Source: Candidatus Gottesmanbacteria bacterium
Lineage (GTDB): Bacteria; Patescibacteriota; Microgenomatia; 2-02-FULL-39-11
Length of the DNA: 64,000 nt
Direction: 5' to 3'
Assembly (NCBI GenBank): GCA_016195685.1
Contig: JACPZE010000020.1
Coordinates: 85,725 to 149,724 of the forward strand
Below, piece after piece: positions 1-9,799 of the stretch. Within the stretch, counting starts at the first letter, position 1, and the number at the start of each line of letters is the position of its first letter. The translations under genes were made by a program, and so were the position numbers. The notes beneath the pieces are model-generated. The model was not told the DNA's origin. It made no database searches and worked only from the letters and a program-made list of their open reading frames with translations.

Positions 1-411
1 TTTAGAGCATATTACAAAGAAAAGGCAGATTTTGTACGTCGGATTATCGAGAAAGCAGAAAAAAAGGAAAAATTATTTGCACTTACTGATCATATATTTA
101 CTCCTACTTTTATCGATGATATCGCAAGTGCATTAGATTTAATTCTAAAAAAAGAACTGCAAGGTGTTTATCATGTGGTAGGTGGTCAAAGTCTGACTCC
201 GCATGATGCGATCCATAAAATATTGACAAAATTTGGTTTGGCTACCGATGTAGAATCTGTGACCAGAGAAGTATTTTTCAAAAATAGAGCATTTAGGCCT
301 AGAAATCTCGCACTCAAAAATGATAAAATAACAAAATTAGGTATAAAGATGAAGAGTTTTGATGAAGGGCTTAGCGAAATAGAAAAGCAAATTCACAATA
401 AACTAATATGA
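1..411 (+). CDS. dTDP-4-dehydrorhamnose reductase (RmlD-like), C-terminal fragment running off the window start
   Basis: Frame 1 is open from base 1 to the TAA at 409-411, so the listed 175..411 ORF is only an internal-Met tail. The translation (TPTFIDDIASALDLIL, GVYHVVGGQSLTPHDAIHKIL, RPRNLALKNDKI) resembles the C-terminus of the RmlD/RfbD SDR family. Confidence 0.55.
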   Translation, partial: FRAYYKEKADFVRRIIEKAEKKEKLFALTDHIFTPTFIDDIASALDLILKKELQGVYHVVGGQSLTPHDAIHKILTKFGLATDVESVTREVFFKNRAFRPRNLALKNDKITKLGIKMKSFDEGLSEIEKQIHNKLI

Positions 412-1700
412 CGATCACATTTGTAGGACATGGTTATGTAGGATTGGTGACCGCTGCTATTTTTGCAGATTTGGGTAATACCGTTTGGGTAGTAGGAAGA
501 ACAAAGGAAAAAATAGAAAAACTAAAAAAAGGAATAACTCCATTTTATGAGCCTGGTTTGGCGGAACTAGTGAAGCACAATCTCTCCGCTGGTAGGCTTA
601 AATTTACTTTAGAATACAAAGAAGCAATTCCTCATTCAAAAATAATTTTTATTTGTGTTGGAACACCGTCGACTCCTTCTGGTGATGCAGATTTATCTTC
701 AGTTTTTAAATCTGCCGAAGAAATCGGGAAAAATTTAAAAAATTACGCTGTGATAGTTACAAAGAGTACAGTTCCCATGGGAACAAACAGGAAAGTGGCT
801 CAAATAATTCAAAAGATAGTTAGAGATAAAGTGATTTTTGATGTAGCTTCATGTCCGGAATTTTTAAAAGAAGGCAGCGCACTTGCCGATACAGCAAACC
901 CTGATCGTATTGTCATAGGTGCAGATAGCGATAAAGCGAAAAATTTACTTTTGGATTTACATAAACCTATCGATGGTGAAAGGATTGTTACTACTATAGA
1001 GAGCGCCGAAATGATTAAATATGCTTCAAATGCTCTGCTTTCCACGAAGATTTCTTTTGCGAACGCCATGTCTTTTATCTGTGATGAAGTAGGGGCGGAT
1101 GTAGAAGTTGTACTGACAGGAGTTGGTCTAGATAAAAGATTAGGCAGGAGTTTTCTGTATCCCGGCGTAGGATTTGGTGGTAGCTGTTTCCCCAAAGATG
1201 TAAAAGCTCTGATTGCCATTGCCAAGCAATATAATTATGATTTCAAATTGTTATCTGCGGTTTATCAGATAAATCAGGAAGCAAAAGAAAGGTTTGTCAA
1301 TAAAGTAATTGAAACTCTTGGCGGTGTAAAAGGCAAAAAAATTGGAGTACTCGGTCTTTCGTTTAAACCAAATACAGATGATATGAGAGAGGCACCGTCA
1401 GTTTATATAATCAAAACTCTTCAGGGAAAAGGAGCCAAGATTCAGGCTTTTGATCCAGCCGCCATGGGAAACGCAGCTACTATTTTTGAGGACGTCAAGT
1501 ATTGTCAGAATCCAAAAGAAACAGCAAAAGGAGTCGATGCACTGCTTATTTTGACAGAATGGAATGAGTTTAAGCAGGTGGATTTGTTAGAATTAAAAGC
1601 ATTGATGAAAAATTATTATATTTTTGACGGTAGGAATATTTATGATCCAGTGAAAGTAAAACAAAATGGGTTTATTTATAGAGGTATTGGCAGAAATTAA
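408..1700 (+). CDS. ugd: UDP-glucose 6-dehydrogenase (nucleotide-sugar dehydrogenase family)
   Basis: N-terminal Rossmann motif FVGHGYVGLV. The catalytic-Cys region GFGGSCFPKDVKALI is typical of UDP-Glc/GDP-Man dehydrogenases. Length is 430 aa. Start overlaps the upstream stop as ATGA. Confidence 0.85.
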   Translation: MTITFVGHGYVGLVTAAIFADLGNTVWVVGRTKEKIEKLKKGITPFYEPGLAELVKHNLSAGRLKFTLEYKEAIPHSKIIFICVGTPSTPSGDADLSSVFKSAEEIGKNLKNYAVIVTKSTVPMGTNRKVAQIIQKIVRDKVIFDVASCPEFLKEGSALADTANPDRIVIGADSDKAKNLLLDLHKPIDGERIVTTIESAEMIKYASNALLSTKISFANAMSFICDEVGADVEVVLTGVGLDKRLGRSFLYPGVGFGGSCFPKDVKALIAIAKQYNYDFKLLSAVYQINQEAKERFVNKVIETLGGVKGKKIGVLGLSFKPNTDDMREAPSVYIIKTLQGKGAKIQAFDPAAMGNAATIFEDVKYCQNPKETAKGVDALLILTEWNEFKQVDLLELKALMKNYYIFDGRNIYDPVKVKQNGFIYRGIGRN

Positions 1701-1714
1701 CAGAAAGGAAAAAT

Positions 1715-2683
1715 ATGAATAAAGTAAATAATAAAAAAGCCCTTATTACCGGGATAACAGGTTTTGCCGGTAGCCATCTGGCAGAATTGTTATTAAAGGA
1801 GGGAGTTGAAACTCACGGGATTCAAAGGTGGCGATCAAAGAGTGATAATATTGAACACATTAAAAATAAAATAAAATTTCACGAAGCTGATTTATTGGAT
1901 GCTCATTCTATGTATCAGGTGGTAGATGAGGTCAGGCCAAATTATATCTTCCATCTAGCTGCGCAGTCCTACGTACAATCTTCATGGGCTTCACCTTCCA
2001 ATACTCTTGAAATAAACATTACCGGCTCTGCTCATTTGTTTGAAGCTGTCCGTAAAACAGATAAAGATATTGTAATCCAAATAGCCTGTTCATCGGAAGA
2101 ATACGGAAAAGTTCTCTCGGATGAATTGCCAATTAAAGAAACAAATCCACTCCGCCCATTATCACCATATGCTGTGTCAAAAATAGCAATGGATTATTTA
2201 GGCTATCAGTATTACCAAAGTTATGGAGTGAAAGTGATAAGGACGAGGGGATTTAACCATACTGGTCCGAGGCGCGGAGATGTTTTTGCAGAATCTACTT
2301 TTGCCAAACAAATTGCAGAAATAGAAAAGGGTACAAGGGAGCCTGTAGTTTCTGTCGGGAATCTCAACGCTGTCCGGGATTTTACAGATGTTAGAGATAT
2401 GGTTAGAGCCTATTATCTATCAGTATCAAAATGTGATCCGGGTGAAGTTTATAATATCGCCACTGGTACAGGAAGGAAAATAGAAGATGTTTTGGATATC
2501 TTTTTATCTATGAGTAAGGTAAAAATAGCAGTAAAACAAGATAAAGACAGAATGAGACCATCAGATGTCGCAGTACTTATAGGTGATTCCACTAAATTTA
2601 GGAAAAAAACAGGGTGGAAGCCAGAAATTCAATTTGAAAAAACAATGAAGGATCTTCTTGATTACTGGCGAGAGAGAGTTTAA
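1715..2683 (+). CDS. NAD-dependent sugar-nucleotide dehydratase/reductase of the GDP-mannose 4,6-dehydratase family (Gmd/Rmd-like)
   Basis: ALITGITGFAGSHLAELLL Rossmann motif. The YxxxK motif (SPYAVSK) and the NHTGPRRG/FAKQIAEIE block match Gmd/Rmd proteins. Confidence 0.6.
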   Translation: MNKVNNKKALITGITGFAGSHLAELLLKEGVETHGIQRWRSKSDNIEHIKNKIKFHEADLLDAHSMYQVVDEVRPNYIFHLAAQSYVQSSWASPSNTLEINITGSAHLFEAVRKTDKDIVIQIACSSEEYGKVLSDELPIKETNPLRPLSPYAVSKIAMDYLGYQYYQSYGVKVIRTRGFNHTGPRRGDVFAESTFAKQIAEIEKGTREPVVSVGNLNAVRDFTDVRDMVRAYYLSVSKCDPGEVYNIATGTGRKIEDVLDIFLSMSKVKIAVKQDKDRMRPSDVAVLIGDSTKFRKKTGWKPEIQFEKTMKDLLDYWRERV

Positions 2684-2721
2684 CAATGAATTTGATCTAA
2701 AGTGATAGATAATGAATAACG

Positions 2722-3684
2722 ATGACTGCAAAAATAAAATGCTTAGTTACTGGTGGAGCAGGATTTATAGGATCCCATTTGTGTGATAAGTTGATCGAAA
2801 AAAGATATGAAGTAGTTTGTTTAGATAATCTGATCACCGGTAACAAAGAAAATCTTCGTCAACTTCTAAATAATCCAAATTTCCACTTCGTCCAACATGA
2901 TGTAGTAAACCCTTTTACAACAAAACTAGATTTATTAAATCAAAAAATTCAATATATTTATCATTTAGCATCTCCTGCAAGCCCTCCACAATATCGTAAA
3001 TACTCCATAGAAACGTTGCTTACTAATTCATCTGGTACATATAATGTTTTGGAACTAGCAAGAAAAATGAAAGCATTTTATTTGCTTGCTTCAACTTCTG
3101 AGGTTTACGGTAATCCTATAATGCATCCGCAGAAAGAATCATATTTTGGCAATGTAAACCCTGTCGGACTGCGTGCATGTTATGACGAAGGAAAACGTTT
3201 TGCCGAAGCATTAACTATGGAGTATGTTCGAAAGCATAATCTTGACGCAAGGATTGTAAGAATTTTTAATACATACGGTCCTAGAATGCAAAAAGATGAT
3301 GGTCGGGTAGTTTCTAATTTCATAAATCAAGCAATTGCTGGAATATCTTTGACGATATATGGAGATGGTACCCAAACGCGATCATTTTGTTACATTTCCG
3401 ACATGGTAAATGGAATTATTGCTGCCATGGAGAGTAAAGATATGATAGGTGAGGTAGTGAATCTGGGTAATCCCAATGAATTAACCATCGAGGAAATCGG
3501 GGAAATCATTCTCAAACTGACAAACTCAAAATCATCAATGGAGAAATATGATGAAAGGATAGGCGATGATCCAGATAAAAGAAAGCCAGATATTGAAAAG
3601 GCGATGAAAAAACTGCATTGGGAACCTCAAATTGATTTGGAAACAGGTCTTAACAAAACGATAGAGTATTTTAAGAATTTATGA
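2722..3684 (+). CDS. uxs: UDP-glucuronate decarboxylase (UDP-xylose synthase)
   Basis: VTGGAGFIGSHLCDKL, then YDEGKRFAEAL (catalytic YxxxK) and RIFNTYGPRM/DGRVVSNFI blocks, match UXS/ArnA-decarboxylase-type enzymes. It sits downstream of ugd, the classical UDP-GlcA to UDP-Xyl route. Confidence 0.8.
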   Translation: MTAKIKCLVTGGAGFIGSHLCDKLIEKRYEVVCLDNLITGNKENLRQLLNNPNFHFVQHDVVNPFTTKLDLLNQKIQYIYHLASPASPPQYRKYSIETLLTNSSGTYNVLELARKMKAFYLLASTSEVYGNPIMHPQKESYFGNVNPVGLRACYDEGKRFAEALTMEYVRKHNLDARIVRIFNTYGPRMQKDDGRVVSNFINQAIAGISLTIYGDGTQTRSFCYISDMVNGIIAAMESKDMIGEVVNLGNPNELTIEEIGEIILKLTNSKSSMEKYDERIGDDPDKRKPDIEKAMKKLHWEPQIDLETGLNKTIEYFKNL

Positions 3685-4820
3685 AAATTGTTCATATTAT
3701 TCCTACATTTAATGAGAAAGAAAATATCGGGAAAATGATAGAAGCTCTTGAGGCTTTAGAGAAAGAGAAGAAGTGGGACGCGGATATTTTAATTGTAGAT
3801 GACCATTCACCCGATGGTACTGCCGAAGAGGTCAAAAAATATCAAGGCAGATTTTCAAACGTGCACTTACTATTGAAAAAAAAGGAAGGCTTAGGACGTG
3901 CATTGATAATGGGTTACGAGTATGCCATAGAAAAACTGCATGCAGACGTTGTCATCCCCAATGATGCAGATTTCCAGTGGGATCCGCAAGATATGCCCAA
4001 ACTGATAAGTAAAATTCAAGAGGGTTATGACGTGGTTGTTGCCTCCAGACACGTTTCTGGTGGTAAGGTAATCGGATGGAATTGGTTTCGAAAACTGAAT
4101 CATGAAATTTCCAATACATTTTTAGCCTGGTGGGTTGCTGGTGTACATGAGGTAGTAGATCATGCTGGGAATTTTAAAGCGATTAGGGTCAAAGGTATTT
4201 TAGATAAAGTAGCTCTATCCAAAATGAAAAACTCAGGATTTTCTTTTCAACTCCACGTTTTGTACGAATTATCCAAAACGGGTGCTAGATTCACAGAAGT
4301 GCCGTCGATTTTTAAAGAAAGAAAATTCGGCAAATCTAAAATTGGGTTTAACCGTTACTATTTGCGCGATGTACTTGAGTATATAAGGAGTAGTATCAGT
4401 ATCCGTATAGAAAGATCAAACAACTTTTTCAAATATGTAATTGTCGGTGGAACTGGATTTATTATCCAGCTTCTACTTGAGTCGTTGCTTATCACTTTCA
4501 TGCATTTTGAAGAAAGTAATGCCGTTGCCTTAGGCGCAGAAGCAGCGATTATTTCCAATTTTATCCTTAACAATGTATGGACATTTTCGCATAAAAGAAT
4601 GCAAGGGTTCAAAATGATTTATAAATTTATGCAGTTTAATATCGTATCGGTTGGATCGATAATTATTCAAAAAATTGTTATTCAATTAGGTACAAATTAT
4701 ATCAGTCATTCACTTTTGTTTGTTTTGGTCCTTAATATTTTAACGATATTAATCTTGATTATTCCATATAGCTATTTTGTCTATAATAGGTTTATTTGGA
4801 AAACACACAAAAGAAATTAA
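3681..4820 (+). CDS. GT2 polyprenol-phosphate sugar synthase (DPM1/ArnC/GtrB-like) fused to a C-terminal GtrA-like membrane domain
   Basis: N-terminus IIPTFNEKENIGKMIEAL ... ILIVDDHSPDGT carries a DxD motif and is DPM1-like. The C-terminal ~120 aa (KYVIVGGTGFIIQLLLES...NNVWTF) is a 4-TM GtrA-like segment. Confidence 0.75.
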   Translation: MKIVHIIPTFNEKENIGKMIEALEALEKEKKWDADILIVDDHSPDGTAEEVKKYQGRFSNVHLLLKKKEGLGRALIMGYEYAIEKLHADVVIPNDADFQWDPQDMPKLISKIQEGYDVVVASRHVSGGKVIGWNWFRKLNHEISNTFLAWWVAGVHEVVDHAGNFKAIRVKGILDKVALSKMKNSGFSFQLHVLYELSKTGARFTEVPSIFKERKFGKSKIGFNRYYLRDVLEYIRSSISIRIERSNNFFKYVIVGGTGFIIQLLLESLLITFMHFEESNAVALGAEAAIISNFILNNVWTFSHKRMQGFKMIYKFMQFNIVSVGSIIIQKIVIQLGTNYISHSLLFVLVLNILTILILIIPYSYFVYNRFIWKTHKRN

Positions 4821-4828
4821 TTTCCAAA

Positions 4829-6337
4829 ATGAAAAATACAAAAATAAAACAGACGATTATAAAATATCTTCCCCAAATATTGCTCACGGTTATTCTTTTA
4901 ACAGGAGCTTTTTTCCGTTTTTTTAGAATAAATGAATACATGACTTTCTTAGGGGATGAAGGCAGGGATGTCTTGGTAGTTAAAAGAATGCTCGTGGATC
5001 ATAAATTTACCCTATTGGGACCTATAACTAGCGTCGGATCAATGTATATGGGGCCAATTTATTATTATTTTATGGCTCCTTTCTTATGGCTATGGCATTT
5101 TGATCCTGTAGGACCGGCCATAATGGTTGGGCTGTTTTCAGTAGGTACTATTTTTGTTATTTATAGACTAGGATCAGATTTTTTCCATCCTGCTGTTGGA
5201 CTGACTTCTTCATTTCTTTATGCTGTATCGCCTTTGATGATCACTTCCGGCCGGTCATCCTGGAATCCAAACGTAGTTCCATTTTTTTCGGTAGTACTTA
5301 TTTACTCTCTTTTTCAAGTAATTACACGTAAAAAATATCGATGGTTTATCCTTACAGGATTAGCACTCGGTGTGCTTTTGCAACTTCATTACGTAACGTT
5401 TTTATTTTTACCGATCATTTTAGTCAGTTTAGCAATGCTAAGATTTAAGATTCCTTTGGTAAATTACTTTATGGCTGTGGTTGCTTTAATTATCTCTTAC
5501 TCGCCTTTTTTGTTATTTGAGCTTCGCCATGAATTCGTGAATACTCAAGCAGTCATCAGGTTCGTTATTCAGCAAAATACATCATCGCAGGGGTCAATAA
5601 TAGTACAATTTTTTAACGTCGTAAATGATGTATTTATCCGGTTATTTTGGAGGCTTATAACTATAAATAGTGCTGAAATAACAAAGATTTTTATTCCTTT
5701 TTTGTTTATAACTTTGGTGATTTATTTTCGAAATTATTTAAAGAGTACAGCCGATAAACTTTCATTTACGCTTATCATGATTTGGTTGATAACGGGCGTA
5801 GTATCTTTTGGTATTTATCGCGGTGTAATCTATGATTACTATTTTGGTTCACTATTTGCTGTACCTTTTATCTTGACTGGAATAATGTTGTATACGCTTT
5901 GGAGATTTTCTGCTGTCACGAAAATATTATCAGTTTTAATTTTTCTTAGTTTAAATTATTTCTTTTTACAAAAAAGTCCGTTACTTCCGACACCTAACAA
6001 TTTATTGGCAAATACGAAAAAAATAGCGGAATTTGTCTATAAAGTAAAAGATGATAAACCCTACAATTTTGCTCTAATTGCCGGAAAGAATTCGGACCAT
6101 GCATATAGATATTTTCTGGAACTTTGGGGACCACCCCCTGTCGTCATTGAAAATCCAGTGACAGATCCTACACGCAAAACAGTTACAAATCAGCTGTTAG
6201 TAGTTTGTGAGGAAAAAGTTTGTCAACCAGAAGGACATCCCCTATGGGAAATTGCAGGATTTGGCCGGGCAAAGGTTATTGGGGATTGGAATGTCGTGAC
6301 TGCACGAGTTTTTCAATTAGAACACTATAATAAATAA
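4829..6337 (+). CDS. Polytopic membrane glycosyltransferase, GT-C fold (ArnT/GT39-like) with C-terminal soluble domain
   Basis: More than 10 predicted TM helices. First extracytoplasmic loop FLGDEGRDVLVVKRM...LLGPITSVGSMYMGPIYYY carries a DE motif like ArnT-family enzymes. The track start 4796 is a TTG; the ATG at 4829 lies 8 bp after the upstream stop. Confidence 0.5.
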   Translation: MKNTKIKQTIIKYLPQILLTVILLTGAFFRFFRINEYMTFLGDEGRDVLVVKRMLVDHKFTLLGPITSVGSMYMGPIYYYFMAPFLWLWHFDPVGPAIMVGLFSVGTIFVIYRLGSDFFHPAVGLTSSFLYAVSPLMITSGRSSWNPNVVPFFSVVLIYSLFQVITRKKYRWFILTGLALGVLLQLHYVTFLFLPIILVSLAMLRFKIPLVNYFMAVVALIISYSPFLLFELRHEFVNTQAVIRFVIQQNTSSQGSIIVQFFNVVNDVFIRLFWRLITINSAEITKIFIPFLFITLVIYFRNYLKSTADKLSFTLIMIWLITGVVSFGIYRGVIYDYYFGSLFAVPFILTGIMLYTLWRFSAVTKILSVLIFLSLNYFFLQKSPLLPTPNNLLANTKKIAEFVYKVKDDKPYNFALIAGKNSDHAYRYFLELWGPPPVVIENPVTDPTRKTVTNQLLVVCEEKVCQPEGHPLWEIAGFGRAKVIGDWNVVTARVFQLEHYNK

Positions 6338-6339
6338 TT

Positions 6340-7092
6340 ATGGAAAAAATTTATCTGTCAGTAATTATTCCATGTTATAACGAAGAGCGAAATTTACGCT
6401 TAGGTGCTTTAGAAAATGTCGCCCATTTTTTATCAAAAAAAGATTATACATATGAAGTGATTGTAGTAGACGATGGGAGTACTGATGAGAGTAAAAAACT
6501 GATTAATCAATTCATTTCTGATGATCCCAAGTTTAAATTATTATCTCGAGAACATAAAGGAAAAGCGGGAACAGTCATCGCCGGTGTAAAAGAAGCAAAA
6601 GGAGAATATATTCTTTTTACGGATTTAGATCAAGCTACTCCCATGAGTCAACTAGATCTTTTTTTGCCGTATTTTAAAAAAGGATTTGATCTGGTAATAG
6701 GTTCCAGAAATACAAAAAGAAGGGGCGCACCTCTTACACGAATAGCAATGGCAAGAGGGTTTATGATACTAAGAAACATTATATTAAATTTGGGAGTCAA
6801 TGATACTCAATGTGGGTTTAAAGCATTCAGTAAAATTTGCGCAAAAAACATTTTCTCTAAGTTAAAAGTATTTAATTTACAAAATCCGGTAAGCGGTTCG
6901 ACAGTCACTGCGGGTTTTGACGTAGAATTATTATATATCGCTAAATTGTTGGGTTATAAAATCGCTGAAGTGCCCGTAGAGTGGCATTATCAAGAAACTA
7001 GAAATGTTAGCCCCATAAGAGATTCTCTGGAGGGTTTGATAGATTTAATTAAAATAAGAATCAACAGCATGAATGGGGTTTATAATAAATAA
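6340..7092 (+). CDS. GT2 glycosyltransferase, dolichyl/polyprenyl-phosphate glycosyltransferase-like (DPM1/ALG5-type)
   Basis: LSVIIPCYNEERNL ... YEVIVVDDGSTDES ... DLDQATP are GT2 DxD/DPM1 signatures. About 250 aa, soluble. Confidence 0.75.
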   Translation: MEKIYLSVIIPCYNEERNLRLGALENVAHFLSKKDYTYEVIVVDDGSTDESKKLINQFISDDPKFKLLSREHKGKAGTVIAGVKEAKGEYILFTDLDQATPMSQLDLFLPYFKKGFDLVIGSRNTKRRGAPLTRIAMARGFMILRNIILNLGVNDTQCGFKAFSKICAKNIFSKLKVFNLQNPVSGSTVTAGFDVELLYIAKLLGYKIAEVPVEWHYQETRNVSPIRDSLEGLIDLIKIRINSMNGVYNK

Positions 7093-8266
7093 GAAGAAAA
7101 TGGTTTATGTATTTTATGCTATAGTTCTTTTTCTCACCACTATCTATTCCTACTCACAGATAGATTTAAACCTGACTCTTTCTTCCAATCAGTTATACCA
7201 AAATATACAACATCAGCTTATATTGCTGGGATACTATAATCGGCCGCTATCAATGGTAATTTTAGTTGTTTTATTGTTTTTTTTGTATTTAATCTATTTA
7301 TCAATCTTATTATTGATTAGGAAAAATCAACTTTCCAAACAAAATATCTTTCACTTAGTTTTTTTAACTAGCTTGATACTATTTTTTTCTTATACTATTT
7401 TTTCACATGACCTTTTCAATTATATGTTCGATGCCAGAATTGTAACTATTTACCATCAAAATCCCTATATTCACTCTGCATTGGATTTTCCTTCTGATCT
7501 GTGGACTCGTTTTATGCATTGGACTCACAGGACATATCCTTACGGGCCTATATGGTTACTTATAACTTTACCGTTTTCATTTTTGGGATTTGGTAAATTC
7601 GTTCTGACACTTTTCAATTTCAAATTTTTGTTTACTCTTTTTCATTTGGGCAATGTTTATTTTATCTATAAGATACTTACAAAACTTAATCCTAAATTAT
7701 CATTATTAGGGACAGCCCTCTATGCATTCAACCCCGTTGTCTTAATTGAATCACTGGTGAGCCCCCATAATGAGGTTGCAATGCTTTTTTTCCTTCTTTT
7801 AGGAATATATTTTATATCTTCAGGAAAAAACAGCGCAATGTCAATTTTAAACCTTTTACTGTCAGCTGGAATTAAATTCGCAACTATTATATTGTTACCA
7901 CTTTTCCTTTTTATAAAAATTGCTGATAAACCTGATAAATATATGCATAGAATATTACTTTTTCTTCTTATAATGGTCCTGCCGGTGATTTTGGAAATTA
8001 TCTATAGGGAACCATATTCATGGTATTTTATTCCTTTAATAGGGATGGGGGCATTGTTAGTGAAATACTCAAGAATAAATATTTTGATATCTGGGATTTC
8101 TCTGGCAGCATTTCTACGGTACCTACCATTTATTTATACAGGAGACTACAGTAGACCGGTCAGAAATGTGCAGGATTTAATTTTTATTTCCACTATTTCT
8201 ATAACTATTTTAATTATATTTATTTATTCATTTACTCAAAAAATGATTAATAAAAAGATTAAGTGA
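7073..8266 (+). CDS. Polytopic integral membrane protein, possible GT-C-type glycosyltransferase (family uncertain; alternative ATG start at 7100)
   Basis: About 10 TM helices. Conserved-looking loop HDLFNYMFDARIVTIYHQNPY...HWTHRTYPYGPIWLL. No soluble domain. Confidence 0.4.
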   Translation: MGFIINKKKMVYVFYAIVLFLTTIYSYSQIDLNLTLSSNQLYQNIQHQLILLGYYNRPLSMVILVVLLFFLYLIYLSILLLIRKNQLSKQNIFHLVFLTSLILFFSYTIFSHDLFNYMFDARIVTIYHQNPYIHSALDFPSDLWTRFMHWTHRTYPYGPIWLLITLPFSFLGFGKFVLTLFNFKFLFTLFHLGNVYFIYKILTKLNPKLSLLGTALYAFNPVVLIESLVSPHNEVAMLFFLLLGIYFISSGKNSAMSILNLLLSAGIKFATIILLPLFLFIKIADKPDKYMHRILLFLLIMVLPVILEIIYREPYSWYFIPLIGMGALLVKYSRINILISGISLAAFLRYLPFIYTGDYSRPVRNVQDLIFISTISITILIIFIYSFTQKMINKKIK

Positions 8267-8293
8267 GATCAATGTTATAATTGAATTTGGAAT

Positions 8294-9784
8294 ATGGAGC
8301 TACTTGTAATTCTTATCATCGCATTAGGCACTTTTTTTACCAGGATAATTAATCTTCTTAAAATTCCTATCTTCACCGATGAAGCAATTTATATACGATG
8401 GGCACAGATCGGTTTGGCTGATCCGGCACACCGGTATATTTCACTGACAGACGGGAAACAGCCTTTACTTATTTGGCTTATGTATCCAATGTTGAAAATA
8501 TTCTCAGATCCGCTTTTTGCCGGGCGTTTTGTATCAGTATTGTCAGGTATTTTTACAGTTATCGGAATGTATTTCCTCACCCGTGAATTATTTGGGAAAA
8601 AAGAAGCGATCCTGGCGTCTTTAATTTACATTTTTTCACCTTTTACCCTTCTTTACGACCGGTTAGCCCTTTATGACAGTTTACTTGCTGGATTCGGAGT
8701 CTGGAGTTTATATCTCAGCGTTCTTTTGGTTAGAAAAAATAGGTTGGATGTTGCACTGCTTTTGGGTATAACAACTGGTTTGGGTGTGCTTACGAAGTCA
8801 TCAGCCCTTTTTTTCCTCTTTCTATTACCTTTCAGTTTGTTTCTTTTTGATTTCAAAGCGGAAGATAGAGTGAAAAAATTATTTATTTTGATGGGACTAT
8901 CTTTAATAAGTTTTGTGATTGCTCAAATCATGTATAACAGCCTTAGACTTTCTCCATGGTTTTATATTATACGGCAGAAGAATTATTCATTTGTTCTGAC
9001 CTTTTCAGAGTTTTTAAAAAAACCATTTGAGTTGTTTATGCCCAATCTTCATGGACTAGTACCAATATTGTTTACTTACTTAACTATTCCAATTTTATTA
9101 GTAATCATTTATGGTTTAGTTAGGGGAATATTGACTCGCGATAAGAAAATATTGTATCTTTTCTTCTGGTTTGTTATTCCGTATCTTGCTCTTGCCGCAA
9201 TCGGTAAGGTAATTTTCCCCAGGTTTATACTCTTTATGGTTATCCCACTTTTTGTAATTGCATCAAAAAGTATATTAGATATAACAAGCAAATTCGGCAA
9301 AAATAATAAGTTGATGTTAATAACTGTTTTATTCATATTGACTTATCCAATTTACCAAAGCGTATTGTTAATTTATAATCCGGTAGACGCTGAGATACCT
9401 ATCTCAGACAAAAATCAATTATTTAATGATTGGCCCTCAGGATATGGAGCAAAAGAAGTTATAAACTTTATAAACGAAAAAGCTATGAAGGAAAAGGTAG
9501 TATTGGGGACAGAAGGTACTTTTGGGCTTAATCCGGCTGTATATGAAATATACCTAAAAAGCAATAAAAATATAGATATACGCAGTTATTGGCCAGTAGG
9601 AGAGGTGCCGAAAGATTTATTAGAGTCTTCGAAAGGTTATCCGACATATTTAGTATTTAAAGAAACACAAAATATTCCCGGCAATTGGCCGTTAAAACTT
9701 ATAGCAAAATACCGTCGGGGTAAAGGAGATACGTTCCTGCTTTTTTATCAGGTGGAATCCAGGGATAAAAATAGTTTAAAATAG
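8294..9784 (+). CDS. GT-C glycosyltransferase, ArnT/PMT_2 (GT39/GT83-like) family
   Basis: N-terminal loop TDEAIYIRWAQ...DGKQPLLIWLMYP...FAGRFVSVLSGIFTV matches the DE...KPPL...R-PSAL pattern of ArnT-like enzymes. Multi-TM with a C-terminal soluble domain. Confidence 0.65.
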   Translation: MELLVILIIALGTFFTRIINLLKIPIFTDEAIYIRWAQIGLADPAHRYISLTDGKQPLLIWLMYPMLKIFSDPLFAGRFVSVLSGIFTVIGMYFLTRELFGKKEAILASLIYIFSPFTLLYDRLALYDSLLAGFGVWSLYLSVLLVRKNRLDVALLLGITTGLGVLTKSSALFFLFLLPFSLFLFDFKAEDRVKKLFILMGLSLISFVIAQIMYNSLRLSPWFYIIRQKNYSFVLTFSEFLKKPFELFMPNLHGLVPILFTYLTIPILLVIIYGLVRGILTRDKKILYLFFWFVIPYLALAAIGKVIFPRFILFMVIPLFVIASKSILDITSKFGKNNKLMLITVLFILTYPIYQSVLLIYNPVDAEIPISDKNQLFNDWPSGYGAKEVINFINEKAMKEKVVLGTEGTFGLNPAVYEIYLKSNKNIDIRSYWPVGEVPKDLLESSKGYPTYLVFKETQNIPGNWPLKLIAKYRRGKGDTFLLFYQVESRDKNSLK

Positions 9785-9799
9785 AAGTAGTTTGATATT

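Noticed and set aside
809-1225. Minus-strand ORFs lying entirely inside plus-strand genes. This 138-aa example is one; others are at 3891-4103, 4358-4612, 8389-8580, 13970-14269, 16095-16532, 48442-48717, 51647-51985, 58148-58417 and 60852-61121.
   Set aside because: All are antisense to well-supported enzyme or membrane-protein genes. Their translations are low-complexity (Ser/Pro/Thr- or Ile/Phe-rich) with no domain signatures. They are expected by chance in AT-rich DNA.
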